From the IMG/VR virus record IMGVR_UViG_3300030041_000009, positions 186,001 through 250,000 of that record: a DNA stretch of 64,000 nt; one strand, written 5' to 3'. Below are positions 42,343 to 54,817 of the stretch, in pieces. Position 1 is the first letter of the stretch, and each line of letters starts with the position of its first letter. The notes below the pieces were generated by a model. It was not told the origin of the DNA, did no database searches, and saw nothing but the letters and a program-made list of their open reading frames with translations. The position numbers and the translations under genes were made by a program.

Positions 42343-43571
42343 ATTCTATAATTTTATTTTACATCATTAATTAATCCATCTGTTTCATTATAAGATTCAT
42401 TAATATCAACATCAGGCGTTAACACTGTTGATTCATCTACATCGTTTTCAGGAATTTCATGTTCTACATATGAATTAATTCCTACTTCATTTACTCCTAT
42501 ACAATAAGTTGCTTTTTCCATTTTTATTTTAAATTTAATATTTTTAATTTTTTTAATCTAATTTCTTTATTATATTTTTTCATATAATTTTCAATATTAT
42601 TAAATTCTTTTTTAGTAAGATAAATATCAATTTTATTTTTATTACTATTAATATTTGTAACATGATAACTAAGCTCATTATTTTTAAATGATCCACCTCC
42701 ATCACAAACTAATCCTAATGGCTTTAAAATTTTATCATCTATACTTCCACTATCAACTCCCCACACCATATTTATCATATTTAATTTATCATATTTAAAA
42801 AATCCAGGACATATAATTATATCATCATCAGGATTATCATTCTTATATCCACAATTTGTACATTTAGTACCATCGTAGAATCTATATGAACCACATTTTG
42901 GACATTTTGAATCTGATTCCATAATTTAATTTTATATTATATAATATTAATTACTATTAGAAATTTATAATCATATATTTCTATTTCATTCATATTAAAT
43001 TTTAATTTGTTCTTTTCTTTTTAATGCTATTAATTTTCATCTTAACGTCTAATGCAGTTGATAAAGAAGCTAAAAAAAGAATTGCAGTAGGAATAAATAT
43101 TACTGGTAATAATATTGTATGATAACATAATGCAGCAATTATAATACTATAAATAATATCAAATATAATAATTCTTTTCCAATCGTTATGATTTTTCCAT
43201 AATTGAAAAAATGTAAGATCAGAATAATCTTGATAAAAAATTTCTTCTTTCAATTCTTTTTCTTTTTCTTCAATTATATTCAATTGCTCTTGCAATTCTT
43301 CCTTTGATAATTTAGTTTCCATATTTATTTATGTTTAATTTTTTATTTGGTTTATATTTTTATTTAGTTATTGTTTCACTTTTTTTGTTTTTATTTTTAA
43401 TAGTATTTTTCAAAAGATAAATCCAATATATTATAGCAATTGTATCAAATATAAAATACTTAATATTAATTTCAGCGCCTATTAAATAATATGATACAAG
43501 ATCAATTAAATAAAATGACATTAATAATATCACGAAAAAACATAAGAATATTTTTAATTTTTTACCTTTTT

Positions 43572-43979
43572 TCATTTTATATATTTTTGTAATAAATTAT
43601 TGCAGTTAACTTTCCAATCTATCATTTTATCATTTAATATACATATAACATTTGTTTCCGCATTAATAAAACTCATAGCAATATCATCATCATCAAGATG
43701 CCAAATAAAATCTGAATTATCTAAAAAAAATTTATGTTTATCTGTCATATTAAGGAAATGAATATTATTTTTATTAATTCCTAATTTTTCAACTACTTCA
43801 AACAAATAATCATTTGTGTATGCGCATTTAGTTGTATTTTCAAATCTATCAGTTACAATATGAACTTCTATTCCTTTTTCGATCAATAATTTTGCATAAT
43901 CCTGAATATTAGTTTTTGATAATGTACTATCAAAATCGAATGAAACTTTTTTATTTTTATGTTTGTTCATCAGTATCAT
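43572..43979 (-). CDS. HAD-superfamily hydrolase
   Basis: SFDFDSTL, IVT, K, HLDD. Confidence 0.75.
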   Translation of the reverse strand: MILMNKHKNKKVSFDFDSTLSKTNIQDYAKLLIEKGIEVHIVTDRFENTTKCAYTNDYLFEVVEKLGINKNNIHFLNMTDKHKFFLDNSDFIWHLDDDDIAMSFINAETNVICILNDKMIDWKVNCNNLLQKYIK

Positions 43980-44145
43980 TATTTGATTTGACTAATGCAA
44001 TTATAAGATATGGTAATAAACTATAACTAAAAAATATCAAAAATAATACTCTTATTAATAATTTATCAATATCAAAATAATTTGACAATCCAGCACACAC
44101 TCCACAAAAAATACCATGCTCCCTATCTAAATTAAATTTTTTCAT
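43957..44145 (-). CDS. pspC: PspC-domain membrane protein
   Basis: GVCAGLSNYFDID..LIRVLF...Y. Confidence 0.8.
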   Translation of the reverse strand: MKKFNLDREHGIFCGVCAGLSNYFDIDKLLIRVLFLIFFSYSLLPYLIIALVKSNNDTDEQT

Positions 44146-44378
44146 ATTATACATTTATTTATTTTATTTAACTTATTTTTTCTATTTTCAGATTGAGTTA
44201 TAAAATCTTTTTCTGTATATGAATATTGTGGATGCTCATCAAGACATATAAAATTTGCAGAAAATCCTACCATATGATAATCTTTTACTGTATATGTTTT
44301 ACCTACATATAATCTTGGACTCCCCATAAAGGCTCCTCTTGTGTTACATATACAAACTACTTTATCCCCTTGTTTCAT
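44142..44378 (-). CDS. GDKVVC family protein with RKxKL tail
   Basis: MKQGDKVVCI...NRKNKLNKI; full promoter at 44411-44442. Confidence 0.8.
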   Translation of the reverse strand: MKQGDKVVCICNTRGAFMGSPRLYVGKTYTVKDYHMVGFSANFICLDEHPQYSYTEKDFITQSENRKNKLNKINKCII

Positions 44379-44566
44379 AATATAAATTAATAAATCCATA
44401 ATATAGCTTACAAAGATACAACTATATTATGGATTAACCAAATAAAAAATTCAATATTTTATTATTATTTCAAAAATTCAAAAAAAGTTTTTTCATCATC
44501 ACAAACTTTTCAGTTAAATAAAAAATTATTTTTTTGAGTATGTGATTTCATATTTTTAAATTTTTG

Positions 44567-44659
44567 AAAGAAAGGTTGGATTCGAACCAACATAAATGAA
44601 TATTTTTTATATAAACGCTTTTTTGGCTTTACTAGTCTGACCTTTTGACTTACTTTCTT
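44567..44659 (-). ncRNA. tRNA-like RNA / pseudo-tRNA
   Basis: Acceptor AAGAAAG/CTTTCTT, D-arm AGTC..GACT, T-arm GTTGG-TTCGAAT-CCAAC; no canonical anticodon arm. Confidence 0.6.
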
Positions 44660-44675
44660 TAATTAATATTATTTA

Positions 44676-44737
44676 GTGAAAATGTGGGAGTTGAACCCAC
44701 ATACTAATGCTTTTTTGGCTTAGATCCGTCTTTTCAT
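44676..44737 (-). ncRNA. truncated tRNA-like RNA
   Basis: T-arm GTGGG-TTCAACT-CCCAC; acceptor TGAAAA/TTTTCA. Confidence 0.5.
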
Positions 44738-44746
44738 TTTTAAATG

Positions 44747-44844
44747 TAGTTAGGATAGGACTCGAACCTATATAAGAAATAATCTTTGAGCTACCTCACT
44801 AATGGGACTTTTACCCAAACGTCTAACCTTTCCGCCACCTAGCT
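44747..44844 (-). ncRNA. tRNA-like RNA (class II-like D arm, aberrant anticodon region)
   Basis: TGGCGGAAAGGTTAGACG D region; T-arm ATAGG-TTCGAGT-CCTAT. Confidence 0.6.
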
Positions 44845-45589
44845 ATCTCCACCTGAGAATACAATGAATAGATGTAACCAATGTTTTTTTACTTTGAAAA
44901 AAACAACTTAATCGTCTTACTGAATTAAAAAAAGTCACCTAAAATGGGGGAATTGGTTATTCCTTATCCATTTAGCACTATTAAACTATAGCACAATCAG
45001 TATCATTTTTTACGTAAATAATAAATCGTTAAGCTTCTCTAACTTAATTAATTGATAGTTAAATTAATAACTCACAATCATAAACTATATATAAAATTTT
45101 TAAATTTGCAATTTGCAAATTGCAAATATTATTTATAATTTATTCATCCTCAATAATTTAATTCCTCTTTTTCTATTAAATATTCAATGATATCGTCGTT
45201 CAAATATTCAGTAGATTCAAATGTATCGCCTGCATCTGAATGTTTTTTTCCTAATAAATATGATTTTTTTAGATTTTCTTTATTTGGTACATCACAAAAA
45301 TCTATTTCATTTTTGAATCCTAATATATAAAACTCAAGTAATCTATTTTTTAATTTATCTGTTTTCATAATTCATTAATTTTTTCAAGTTTTGTTTTTCT
45401 TAATTCTTTTTTTTCGTAATATAAAAAGGTATATATTAAATATTCTTTAGTATTTGATTGTGTGAATTGTTTAATTTCAGGTTTATCATATTCTATCCAA
45501 TGATTCAATTCATACTCAAGTTTAGTAATAGTATCAGCATATGCAAGTCTGGTACCGAAATAGTAATTAAATATTTTAATTTTCATAAT

Positions 45590-46291
45590 TTATATATTTA
45601 AAATGTAACAATATTCTGGCAAGGAGTCAATATATGTAACAGATGAATTTATATTTGGTATTTCATGATGAACTATTTTATCTGTGTGGGTATGACCGCA
45701 AATTTGATGACAATTCTTTAATGGTTTAGTCCATGATTCAGTTTTATCAGCCCACAATGGACCGCTAACTTTATTATATCCACCACGTACATATCCGCAA
45801 TCAAGTAAGCATTCTAACTCAAATTCAAATGCTAAATTTAATTTATCTGATATAGTACCTTCAAAATCAGAAACTTTTTTAAATTCTATTAAAAAATGGT
45901 CATACCATCCACGATGAATTCCTGCATGGGTCCAAATATAATTTTCGTATTGATAAGATAATTGAAATAATTTTAAATTATTATGAAATATTTCATATAA
46001 ATCAAAATGCATTTCTGCTCTATATCCAGAGCAATGTCCTAAAATATTCATACTAGGTGGTCGTATAGCATATTGATAATCATGATTACCTAATAATAAA
46101 ATAACTTTATCTGGATATTTTTTCTTAAATTCAATGATATCTAATAAATTATTTAATATTGTAATATTACTTAGATGATATTCATCAACATAATCTCCTA
46201 CAAATATTATTTTATCATATTGAGAAATATCATCTACAAATTTTTTCCATGAATCAAATCCGTGAATATCCCCTATGTTTAAAATTTTCAT
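45590..46291 (-). CDS. calcineurin-like metallophosphoesterase
   Basis: GDIHG, GDYVD, GNHD, THAG, GHT. Confidence 0.9.
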   Translation of the reverse strand: MKILNIGDIHGFDSWKKFVDDISQYDKIIFVGDYVDEYHLSNITILNNLLDIIEFKKKYPDKVILLLGNHDYQYAIRPPSMNILGHCSGYRAEMHFDLYEIFHNNLKLFQLSYQYENYIWTHAGIHRGWYDHFLIEFKKVSDFEGTISDKLNLAFEFELECLLDCGYVRGGYNKVSGPLWADKTESWTKPLKNCHQICGHTHTDKIVHHEIPNINSSVTYIDSLPEYCYILNI

Positions 46292-47382
46292 TTTTTTAAA
46301 AAATTAGAATAATTTCTATTCGTTATGTTACATGCTATAATATTGGCATCTTCATCTATATCAAATTCACCAATTTCAATTGTATTAACAACTGTTTCTA
46401 TATTCTGATTATCTTCAACATCAATAATCATTTTAACATTAAATTCGACTTCTATTCTTTTCATTATATTAATATAAAATGATCATTTAAATAATCTTCA
46501 GAATATGCACCTAATGATGTTTCAATTTCATTTACATCAAATATAATATAATCATTCATTTTAACTGATTCACTCATTGTACCATATTCTCCATTATGAG
46601 TTATTATTAAAATTTTATCGTCATTATCAACATCTTTACTTGCATTTAAAGTATCTTGATGTTCTTTATTAAATGATTTTACTGCATTATTAATTTCATC
46701 AATAATTGAAAAATCACCAGTCCAATGAAACACTAAAATATCTTCTAATCTTCTATATCTTTTCATATTTAAATTGTTATTTCTTTTATTATCACTTTAG
46801 TATTACTATTCATAGTATTCATTCGTTCAGAAAATGATATATCATGCTCCATGGAATGCTCTAAATGATTAATATTTCTATGTCCAGTATCTTCTAAATC
46901 TACTTCAAATCCAAATTCTTTAAGAGCTTTTACTATTGCTAGTGTAACAGCGGATTTGCCGATTGCAGTTGCTCCCTCCACTTTGACTGTAATATTATTT
47001 TTATTCATTTTTATTCATTTAATTAATTAATTTTTCTTGATTTTTCATCTACATATATAAATATTCCTAAATATATAAAAAATGCTATTATTGATAATCC
47101 AATATGTAATTTATCATTTGGCTGATAATATATTAAATAACAAAATAAACCAGTTAGAGACATTAGCATAAACAACATAAAATATAATAGTATTCTCATT
47201 ATTTTTTAATTTTTCTTTATTTTTTATTTTTATATAAAAAAAAAGTTAAATATGATAAAAATAATACTGATATAACTATAGTTTGAAATTTGAGATCAAA
47301 TGGATAAGATATTAGATACCCTAAAATACCACATAATATTATCAGAATAAATACATTAATATATTCTAATTTTTTCATATTT

Positions 47383-47871
47383 TTAATTATTTATATAATT
47401 TAATTTGAATTCATATTCAGGTTTATATTCAGGTATATTTTCATTAAATATAGGAAACTCAATATTAAATTTAGTACTATCTGATTTCAATAATTCACAT
47501 CCTATTATAAAATAAGATTCATTTTCACTAATAGTATCATTACTATTTATTGTACTATCAGAGTTGCTTTGAACATATAAAATATAATCATTTTTAATTC
47601 CTATAATTTTTTTCTTAATTTGAATTGTATCTTCAAATGGATTATCTTTATTAAGAATATAAATCCAAGTTTGCCCAACTTCAATATTTGGGTCAACAGG
47701 ATTCATTACATTTAAATAATAATTCAATTCTGTATTTTGACCAATTTTAGTTCCAAATTGGAATGCCATAAATGCTAAAAATGCTACACCAATAACAATT
47801 AATGCATGTTTAAATGATGATAATGATCTATTTTGTTTATATTCATAATAATCTTCTTTTTTTATTTTCAT
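47383..47871 (-). CDS. membrane-anchored hypothetical protein
   Basis: Single TM helix near N-terminus. Confidence 0.6.
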   Translation of the reverse strand: MKIKKEDYYEYKQNRSLSSFKHALIVIGVAFLAFMAFQFGTKIGQNTELNYYLNVMNPVDPNIEVGQTWIYILNKDNPFEDTIQIKKKIIGIKNDYILYVQSNSDSTINSNDTISENESYFIIGCELLKSDSTKFNIEFPIFNENIPEYKPEYEFKLNYINN

Positions 47872-48471
47872 TTTAATTTATTTTTTTTATTTGATAAAAT
47901 ATTAAAATCTAATATTTGATAATCCATATTTTTCAAGTAAATTATAAAAACCTATCCATGTAAGGAAATATTCATCTTTATCTTTACATGATTCATAACA
48001 AACACATATTTCTTTATCACTATCTAATATTGGCTTAGTAATACGAATACATGGTTTGGAACTACTATATGTCATAACAAAAATTTCAGTTGGAGACTTT
48101 TCAATCATAAGTTTTTTTATCTCATGATATGTTAAATCAATTTCGATCTCTCTTGTAACTAACTCAGTTCTTACTAATCTATTATCTTTCATTTTTAATT
48201 ATATCTTTATATATAAAATATTATTTATTTTTTAATTCATATTGGTAAAGAATACGGTGAGTATGTATAAATATTTACATCAATATCTATTATACCACCA
48301 TGTTTAGTTTCAAAATAATTAAATATTGACATCTCAGCTTCAAAGAATGAATCATATTGATATTTAAAATTATTGTAAATAATATTTGCTGGAGTCCAAC
48401 CAATAAAATTCTTTTTATATACAACAAAATTAGTAATATTATTTTGATATGTGTGAACTTGTTTAATTATT

Positions 48472-48988
48472 TTAAATTTTTCCATTTTTATTTATTTCTT
48501 CTAATTTTTCTTTTCTTAAATTCATTGGATCAATAGTACATAATTTATCTAATTCTAATAAAACTTTATCTCTTTCTTCTTCTGTATCAAATTCGACTTC
48601 TAATTCTGTAATACCATCTGGTACGTCACGTTCAATTACAATAAACCAACGATCATTTTCTTCAACTGTAGTAGGATAATATGCAAATATACTATCAATT
48701 TTTAATCTATAATCACCTATTTTAATTTTATCTCGTTCTATTATCATTTAGTTCTTCTATTTTTAATTTTCTTATATAATTATGAGCATTTAAAACTAAT
48801 AATGAATCTAATTCAGCTAATGATTTTTCACATTCTATATTATTATCAAAATCTATTTCAATATCATTTATATCATCTAGTGATCTTTGAATTATAATAG
48901 TTTTATCACCTCTACCAATATAATAGCATAAAATAGTATCTATATTAATTCTCATATATCCTATTTTAATTATATTTCTATTTACCAT
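48472..48988 (-). CDS. two paralogous RKxK(L/I)-tail proteins (48472-48747, 48728-48988)
   Basis: Shared IKIG..R..ID.I..Y...IxR...E.EFD; tails LRKEKLEEI and IRKLKIEEL. Confidence 0.75.
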
Positions 48989-49320
48989 AAATCTTCAGAT
49001 GTTAATACACTACCTATTAAATCTTGTTTTAACTGATCATTTGATTTAACTAATTCTAAAGCTTCTTCTCTATTAAGAAATCTATTTTTTGTAGTTAAAA
49101 ATCCTTCAACAGTCAACATTCCATATTTTTCAGCAGGATAAATTTTATTTGTTTGCTCATATATGCAAGGATGCCGTACGCTATTATAGCAAATTCCTTT
49201 ATCTATATTATATGGCTTATAAAGATAATCTATTCCATCATCTATCCAATTAGAAGCGCACATAACATATTCTATTTTACCATTATTAAGGTGTTCTTTT
49301 AATCTTTTTTTATCAATCAT
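48982..49320 (-). CDS. phage-type hypothetical protein
   Basis: RH..., EGFLT...RFLNREEA, LTSEDLW. Confidence 0.7.
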   Translation of the reverse strand: MIDKKRLKEHLNNGKIEYVMCASNWIDDGIDYLYKPYNIDKGICYNSVRHPCIYEQTNKIYPAEKYGMLTVEGFLTTKNRFLNREEALELVKSNDQLKQDLIGSVLTSEDLW

Positions 49321-49625
49321 TTTAATTATAATTAGGATATATTATTGATTCAAAATAATCAGTTAATTTTTCTTTTATATTTTCAATAGCTTCATCTAAT
49401 GTAATAACGCTAAATAAAGTATTTGAAAAATATTTTTTAAAATGCTCATCATATTGTTCATCAGACATATCTTTAAAAAAATGAGTTAACTCACGATTTT
49501 TAATATAACAATCTTTAATATTTATATCACAAAGTTCAATTGCTTTATTTTTATCTGAAAATACTTCAACTATTTCAGACATACACATATCATATAATAC
49601 CCAAGTTTCATTTAATTTCATAATA

Positions 49626-50753
49626 TTATTTTAACCAATAATTACTTTTTTTAATTCCTTTAACATTCATCATTTCTAAAAATTCATTTGGAAATTCTGT
49701 ACCCCATGCAAATGCAACATCACAATGAGAATCTTCAGAAAAATTAGTTATACTATAAGATGTAGAAAATAATAAAGGATCTTCTCTTCTTGCTAATGCT
49801 TGTTGGACTTCAAGGTTTAATGTTTTAATTTGTTCAGCTTGCTGAATAGCTAGTTGTTGCTGACGAATTTGTTCTTTTGATATTTTTTCAAGTTCTGACT
49901 GAATTCTACAAATATTTTGTTCTATTCCTTTTACTTGCTCTTTTAAAACTTTTGTTGAATTTTCAAGTGCATCTACTCTATTACCAAGATTTACCATAGT
50001 TTCATACATACTTCTGAATAATGGTAAATTCATACCAACATTCATACTAACCATTGATAATGAACTAGGAAAATAAACATCATAGTATTTTTGAGATTTT
50101 ACATGTTTTTCAAAATCATAAAATCCAATTGGACATAAAATGTAAAAATATCTTTCTGAATTTGCAAATTTATAATTGTTAATTGCAGATTCAATATCTA
50201 CAGATTTTCTTTTTGGATCACAAGTTAAAATTGAATTTTTTGCTAATTCTAATGGAATTATCATAAATCCAAATGTTTCTGCTATTTCTACGATAGAACT
50301 AAGTTTTGAATTTAATCTTGAATTTAGATATTTATTATAATTTTCATCTGTTTTAATTAAAATTTGATTATATTTTTCACTTGATGATCCATTATATCTA
50401 CAACCAGATTTAATTTCTTCAACTTCTAAATCATATTTAATTAAATTATCTGGTACTTTAATATTAAAGTTTTTTAATTCTCTTAATATACTATTATAAT
50501 TATTTACTTTATCCGTGATTTCATATCCTAAATGTTTGAAAATTTCTTGTTTAGTAGAAAAATTAGTTTTAGAATTATCAGAATAATAGTGACTATGGGT
50601 ATCAATAATTTTAACTTTTTCTAATACTCTCAATGTTAATATAAAATCCTTTATGTCAGATTCTATTACATTAAGTTTATTTAATAATCCAAGTTTATCA
50701 ACTTTTTTTGTTGATGATACTGTTGTTGTTGGTGTTACATTTAATAAATTCAT
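49626..50753 (-). CDS. coiled-coil hypothetical protein
   Basis: 375 aa; heptad Q/E/K-rich segment; promoter at 50806-50836. Confidence 0.75.
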   Translation of the reverse strand: MNLLNVTPTTTVSSTKKVDKLGLLNKLNVIESDIKDFILTLRVLEKVKIIDTHSHYYSDNSKTNFSTKQEIFKHLGYEITDKVNNYNSILRELKNFNIKVPDNLIKYDLEVEEIKSGCRYNGSSSEKYNQILIKTDENYNKYLNSRLNSKLSSIVEIAETFGFMIIPLELAKNSILTCDPKRKSVDIESAINNYKFANSERYFYILCPIGFYDFEKHVKSQKYYDVYFPSSLSMVSMNVGMNLPLFRSMYETMVNLGNRVDALENSTKVLKEQVKGIEQNICRIQSELEKISKEQIRQQQLAIQQAEQIKTLNLEVQQALARREDPLLFSTSYSITNFSEDSHCDVAFAWGTEFPNEFLEMMNVKGIKKSNYWLK

Positions 50754-51162
50754 ATTATTATTATTTTAATTAAACATGAAAACAATTTTTTATTGATTTC
50801 AAATACAAAGATAATAAAAAAATTCAAATACACAAATTATTCTCAACTATTTTAAATATTAATTTTATTACAATAATGATAATATTTTGATAATTGTTTT
50901 AACTTATCTTTTCTAATATCAATTTTAGCATTATATTCTATTGCATTTTTATATTTATTTTCATATTCATTTAATGATTTCATAATATTAACATAATTAT
51001 TACAATCATTAACCGATTTTATATGTACTGTTTTAATATTATTTTCAATTGTAATATGCTCCTTTTCAAATTCAGTTAACTTATTTTTATAATAGTTAAT
51101 CTCGGATAATATAATATTTACTTTAATCATAACTTTTTTATTTTTATACCATATAATATAGA

Positions 51163-51651
51163 ATGGAAATATTAGATATTAAATTTAGAACTGATGGTTT
51201 AGAAAAAAAACTATCAAATTTATATCCTTATCAATTCGAGATTGACGGTATATCTGTGGCTTCATATGAAGGCTTTGTACAGTCTTTAAGGACTCCAGAT
51301 ATACAAATTAAAGAGAATATATGGAAACTATCAGGGTTTGAAGCATGGAAAGCTGGTCAATATTTAAATTGGGTAGATAAGCAAAAATTATATTGGATAT
51401 CTACTCCAATTGATAGACAATCCGAAGAATATGATAATTTAATAACAAGATCTTATGATTGCTTATTTGAAAAAAATGAATATTTTAGAAATAGTTTAAA
51501 AGAATCAATACCTTATAAATTAGAACATTCTATTGGAAAATCTGGAAAAACTAATACATTAATAACAAAAAGTGAATTCTTAATTCAATTAAATAGATTA
51601 AGGTCCAAATTCACAGAAAGAACATATTTTAATTTACTTGATTTGTTCTGA
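51163..51651 (+). CDS. NADAR-like (T4 gp30.3-like) protein
   Basis: LSNLYPYQFEIDG..ASYEGFVQSL, LYW, L.HSIGK. Confidence 0.65.
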   Translation: MEILDIKFRTDGLEKKLSNLYPYQFEIDGISVASYEGFVQSLRTPDIQIKENIWKLSGFEAWKAGQYLNWVDKQKLYWISTPIDRQSEEYDNLITRSYDCLFEKNEYFRNSLKESIPYKLEHSIGKSGKTNTLITKSEFLIQLNRLRSKFTERTYFNLLDLF

Positions 51652-52181
51652 TTTATAAAAATTTCTAAATCTTTTAAATTTTCATAAGAAATAACCTTTA
51701 AATTCTTGTCGTAATAAACTGCGGTATAATCCATAATTTATTTTTTAGAATTTAAGTTTTTATTTGATATTGGTGGTTTAAATCCACCAATTCCACTATT
51801 TCTGTTTTTACCAAAAATAGTAGATATTGCTAAAAATATAAAAAATATCGCAAGCGGAATGCATATGCATAATATTGTTATATCATCCATGATTTAATTA
51901 TTTAAATTTAATTGTTTGTAATTTTTATTCATTAATCCATAATAAATTAAATAATCAATAAGTCAATAAATATTTAAATCATGACTATCAATATATTCAT
52001 CATATTCCAAATTTTCTTTATCATTATTCATAATTCTATAATAAGGATTATCTACATTAGTAACTATAATAACATCGCATTTTTTATTGTGATAATTATA
52101 AAATTATAAATATTTCTATAATTTTATATATTTTTTACAACTCTGTAAATAATTTCTTTATTTTGTTCCATAATATATTAT

Positions 52182-52469
52182 TTATCTAATTGTATCTCCA
52201 ATATCTTTTGTTTTTGCTATAATATCAATTAATTCTGATTGTGAATCATATTCTTTAATTATATTATTGGCATCTTTAACTACAATAGAATATATAGTAT
52301 CACTAGAATAAAATTTAGATCTAATATTAGTAATTACTACTGGAGATTTCAACTGATTAATGGAATATTCTACATATTGATCATAATTATCAAACTCTTG
52401 TCCATCATAATGTATTTTATTATTACAGCTAAATAATAAAATGCAACTAAATAATATTAATTTTTTCAT
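52182..52469 (-). CDS. putative lipoprotein
   Basis: MKKLILFSCILLFSC lipobox-like signal. Confidence 0.7.
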   Translation of the reverse strand: MKKLILFSCILLFSCNNKIHYDGQEFDNYDQYVEYSINQLKSPVVITNIRSKFYSSDTIYSIVVKDANNIIKEYDSQSELIDIIAKTKDIGDTIR

Positions 52470-52494
52470 ATTTATAATTTTTTAATTTAATTTA

Positions 52495-52941
52495 TTATAA
52501 TGTTATTGGTATTAATTTTTCTGGAATATATTTTTCTGGAATATTTATAATATAATATAGGAAGTTATAGTTAGAAAATGGATCTGGACATTCTCCTATA
52601 GAAAGTAAAGAGTTAATATTTAATTCGTAATTACTATAATAAACAAATTGTAATGTTGGAGTAATTATATTGTTATTGATCTTTATTCTAACGCTCTTCA
52701 TTGGCAACTCAATTAATCTATACATACCATCTACGTTTCCTAAACATCTAACCATCAATTCGGTTTTTTCTTTAGAGTTATAAATCCCATAAACCAATAA
52801 AAAACTACCACTTGCTGATTTATTTGATACTTCAGTTTTAACCATTTGTCTTAAAACAACTGGTTTTGTCACATATGTTTTATATTTTTGACAAGACAAA
52901 AATAATACACTAAACAATGCACATAAAAATAATTTTTTCAT
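52495..52941 (-). CDS. putative lipoprotein
   Basis: MKKLFLCALFSVLFLSC lipobox-like signal. Confidence 0.7.
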   Translation of the reverse strand: MKKLFLCALFSVLFLSCQKYKTYVTKPVVLRQMVKTEVSNKSASGSFLLVYGIYNSKEKTELMVRCLGNVDGMYRLIELPMKSVRIKINNNIITPTLQFVYYSNYELNINSLLSIGECPDPFSNYNFLYYIINIPEKYIPEKLIPITL

Positions 52942-53421
52942 ATATTTATTTCTTTAATGTAATTTTTCCATTTATATTCAATAGTTCTCCAATTTTTCCT
53001 TTCATAACTATCATCTGAATATTCATAATATTTCTTACTATTAACATATTCTTCATAATCATTTACAATTCCTACCTTTCCTTCTACTACTGTTTTTCTT
53101 TTATATTCTTTTCTTTCAAAAATATAATCAGGTTTTATTTTTTCGATTTTTTCGATTTTTTTATTAACTGTATAAGTTTTTTCAATAATCTCATTGCCTA
53201 CAATAGTATATTCTGTATTAAATTTATTAAGATATGATAAGTGAGGATTAGAAAATAACACAACATATATCATTAACTGTGTGTGCGTTTCATCATCTAA
53301 TTTATCACAATTAATAATTTCTATTTCTTTCATCAAACTAAATGCTTGAATTCTTTTTATTTGTTTTTGTTCTTCATCAGAATAACTATAAAACTCTTTT
53401 TTCATATATTTATTTAATTAA

Positions 53422-53838
53422 TTAAAACCAAGATCTATGTGTTTCTTCTATTGATTCATGTCCATCATCTTCTTCTCTAATATACCATTCAACATCATCT
53501 GGAATTTCAACAATTTTTATTTCGTCAGGTTTTATTTCTTCCACTGCTTTAACTAAATTTACATCATCTCTTAAAATTTCCATTTGATCAAAATAATTTT
53601 CTTTATCAAAAATGTTATTTTCATTTGTTAATTCTTTTCCTAAATCATTAAATGAAGTATAAAAATAATCATCAGCATCTTCAATTTTTTTATATTTAGT
53701 GATATTTAAATAACTATAATCTCTGATATAAAAATATGGTTTACCCAAATTTGAAAGTTCGAAATATCTACGTATAACTTTTGTTGATAATGAAAAAGTA
53801 CAACCATTATTACTATTTACTATTACTATTTTTTGCAT
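53422..53838 (-). CDS. phage-type hypothetical protein
   Basis: RDD..LV..VEE, IVEIPDDVEWYI..DDG.E...E.HRSW. Confidence 0.7.
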   Translation of the reverse strand: MQKIVIVNSNNGCTFSLSTKVIRRYFELSNLGKPYFYIRDYSYLNITKYKKIEDADDYFYTSFNDLGKELTNENNIFDKENYFDQMEILRDDVNLVKAVEEIKPDEIKIVEIPDDVEWYIREEDDGHESIEETHRSWF

Positions 53839-53843
53839 ATTTT

Positions 53844-54188
53844 TTATAATTTTTCTAATTTTTTTAATTTTTCTTTTCTAATAACGCTAACAAGTATTTT
53901 TTTACCAAAATCAGATAATATATATTTATCAGTATATTCTGAAAAATATTTATCAACTAATGAATATTTTATTAACTCTGGTATTAAATAAAGTGTACCG
54001 TCACAATTTCTTATTTTAAATTCTTCAACAAGATTCAAATATAATGAATTGCCTATAAAATCAGAGATAGATTGATATTGTGGATCTTTATATTCAGCAC
54101 TACCATTCTCATAAATATAAATTAATAATTTATGAGCATCATGACTAATATTATTAATAATATTTCTGCTATTTATTATATTTTGCAT
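53844..54188 (-). CDS. RKxKL-tail protein (winged-helix-like)
   Basis: LIKYSLV...YILSDFGKK; IRKEKLKKL. Confidence 0.7.
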   Translation of the reverse strand: MQNIINSRNIINNISHDAHKLLIYIYENGSAEYKDPQYQSISDFIGNSLYLNLVEEFKIRNCDGTLYLIPELIKYSLVDKYFSEYTDKYILSDFGKKILVSVIRKEKLKKLEKL

Positions 54189-54397
54189 ATTTTTTTCAAT
54201 TTTTCTATTCTTTGATATTTTATATCTAATTTAAATTTTTCTTCTTCTATATAAAAACCAGGCGGATACTGTAATATTACATAATATTTTTTTCTATTTT
54301 TCACATATCCAGTACGTTCAATAATATAAGAATTATTTATTACAATTAAATTATCATATGTTTCTAATGCAATTACTACATCACCATGTTTAAACAT
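54176..54397 (-). CDS. FKxGD family protein with basic tail
   Basis: MFKHGDVV...QRIEKLKKI. Confidence 0.75.
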   Translation of the reverse strand: MFKHGDVVIALETYDNLIVINNSYIIERTGYVKNRKKYYVILQYPPGFYIEEEKFKLDIKYQRIEKLKKICKI

Positions 54398-54399
54398 TT

Positions 54400-54724
54400 T
54401 TTTATATTTTATTTAAATTTTCTAATTTAATTCTTCTACAATTATTTTCTAACATTTTTTTACCTATTTCAGTTAATATAAATGTAGGATGCCATGCAAA
54501 ATTATTACTACAAACTAAATTATGTATCTCAAGTCGATTAAATAATAAGTTCCATTACAATTTCTATGTTTAAATTGTTCAACTGTAATAAATTCATTAT
54601 TAGATTTTATAAATTTATCTATATTTTCAAATTCATAATCACGATATTCTGCTTGTTTATGCTCTTTAATGTACATCAATAAATTAAATGCTTCATCACT
54701 AATTTTAAATTTAAATTCTACCAT
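54400..54724 (-). pseudogene. frameshifted paralog of 53844-54188
   Basis: After RNCNGTYYLID the homologous tail (..FILTEIGKK..RRIKLENL) continues in another frame near 54530. Confidence 0.65.
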
Positions 54725-54817
54725 TGTAATTCACTAATATTAAATGTATTATAAAAAAGATGCAAGATCATGATATATAATATAAATATATAATATCTTC
54801 CCGTAATTTGTTGATTA

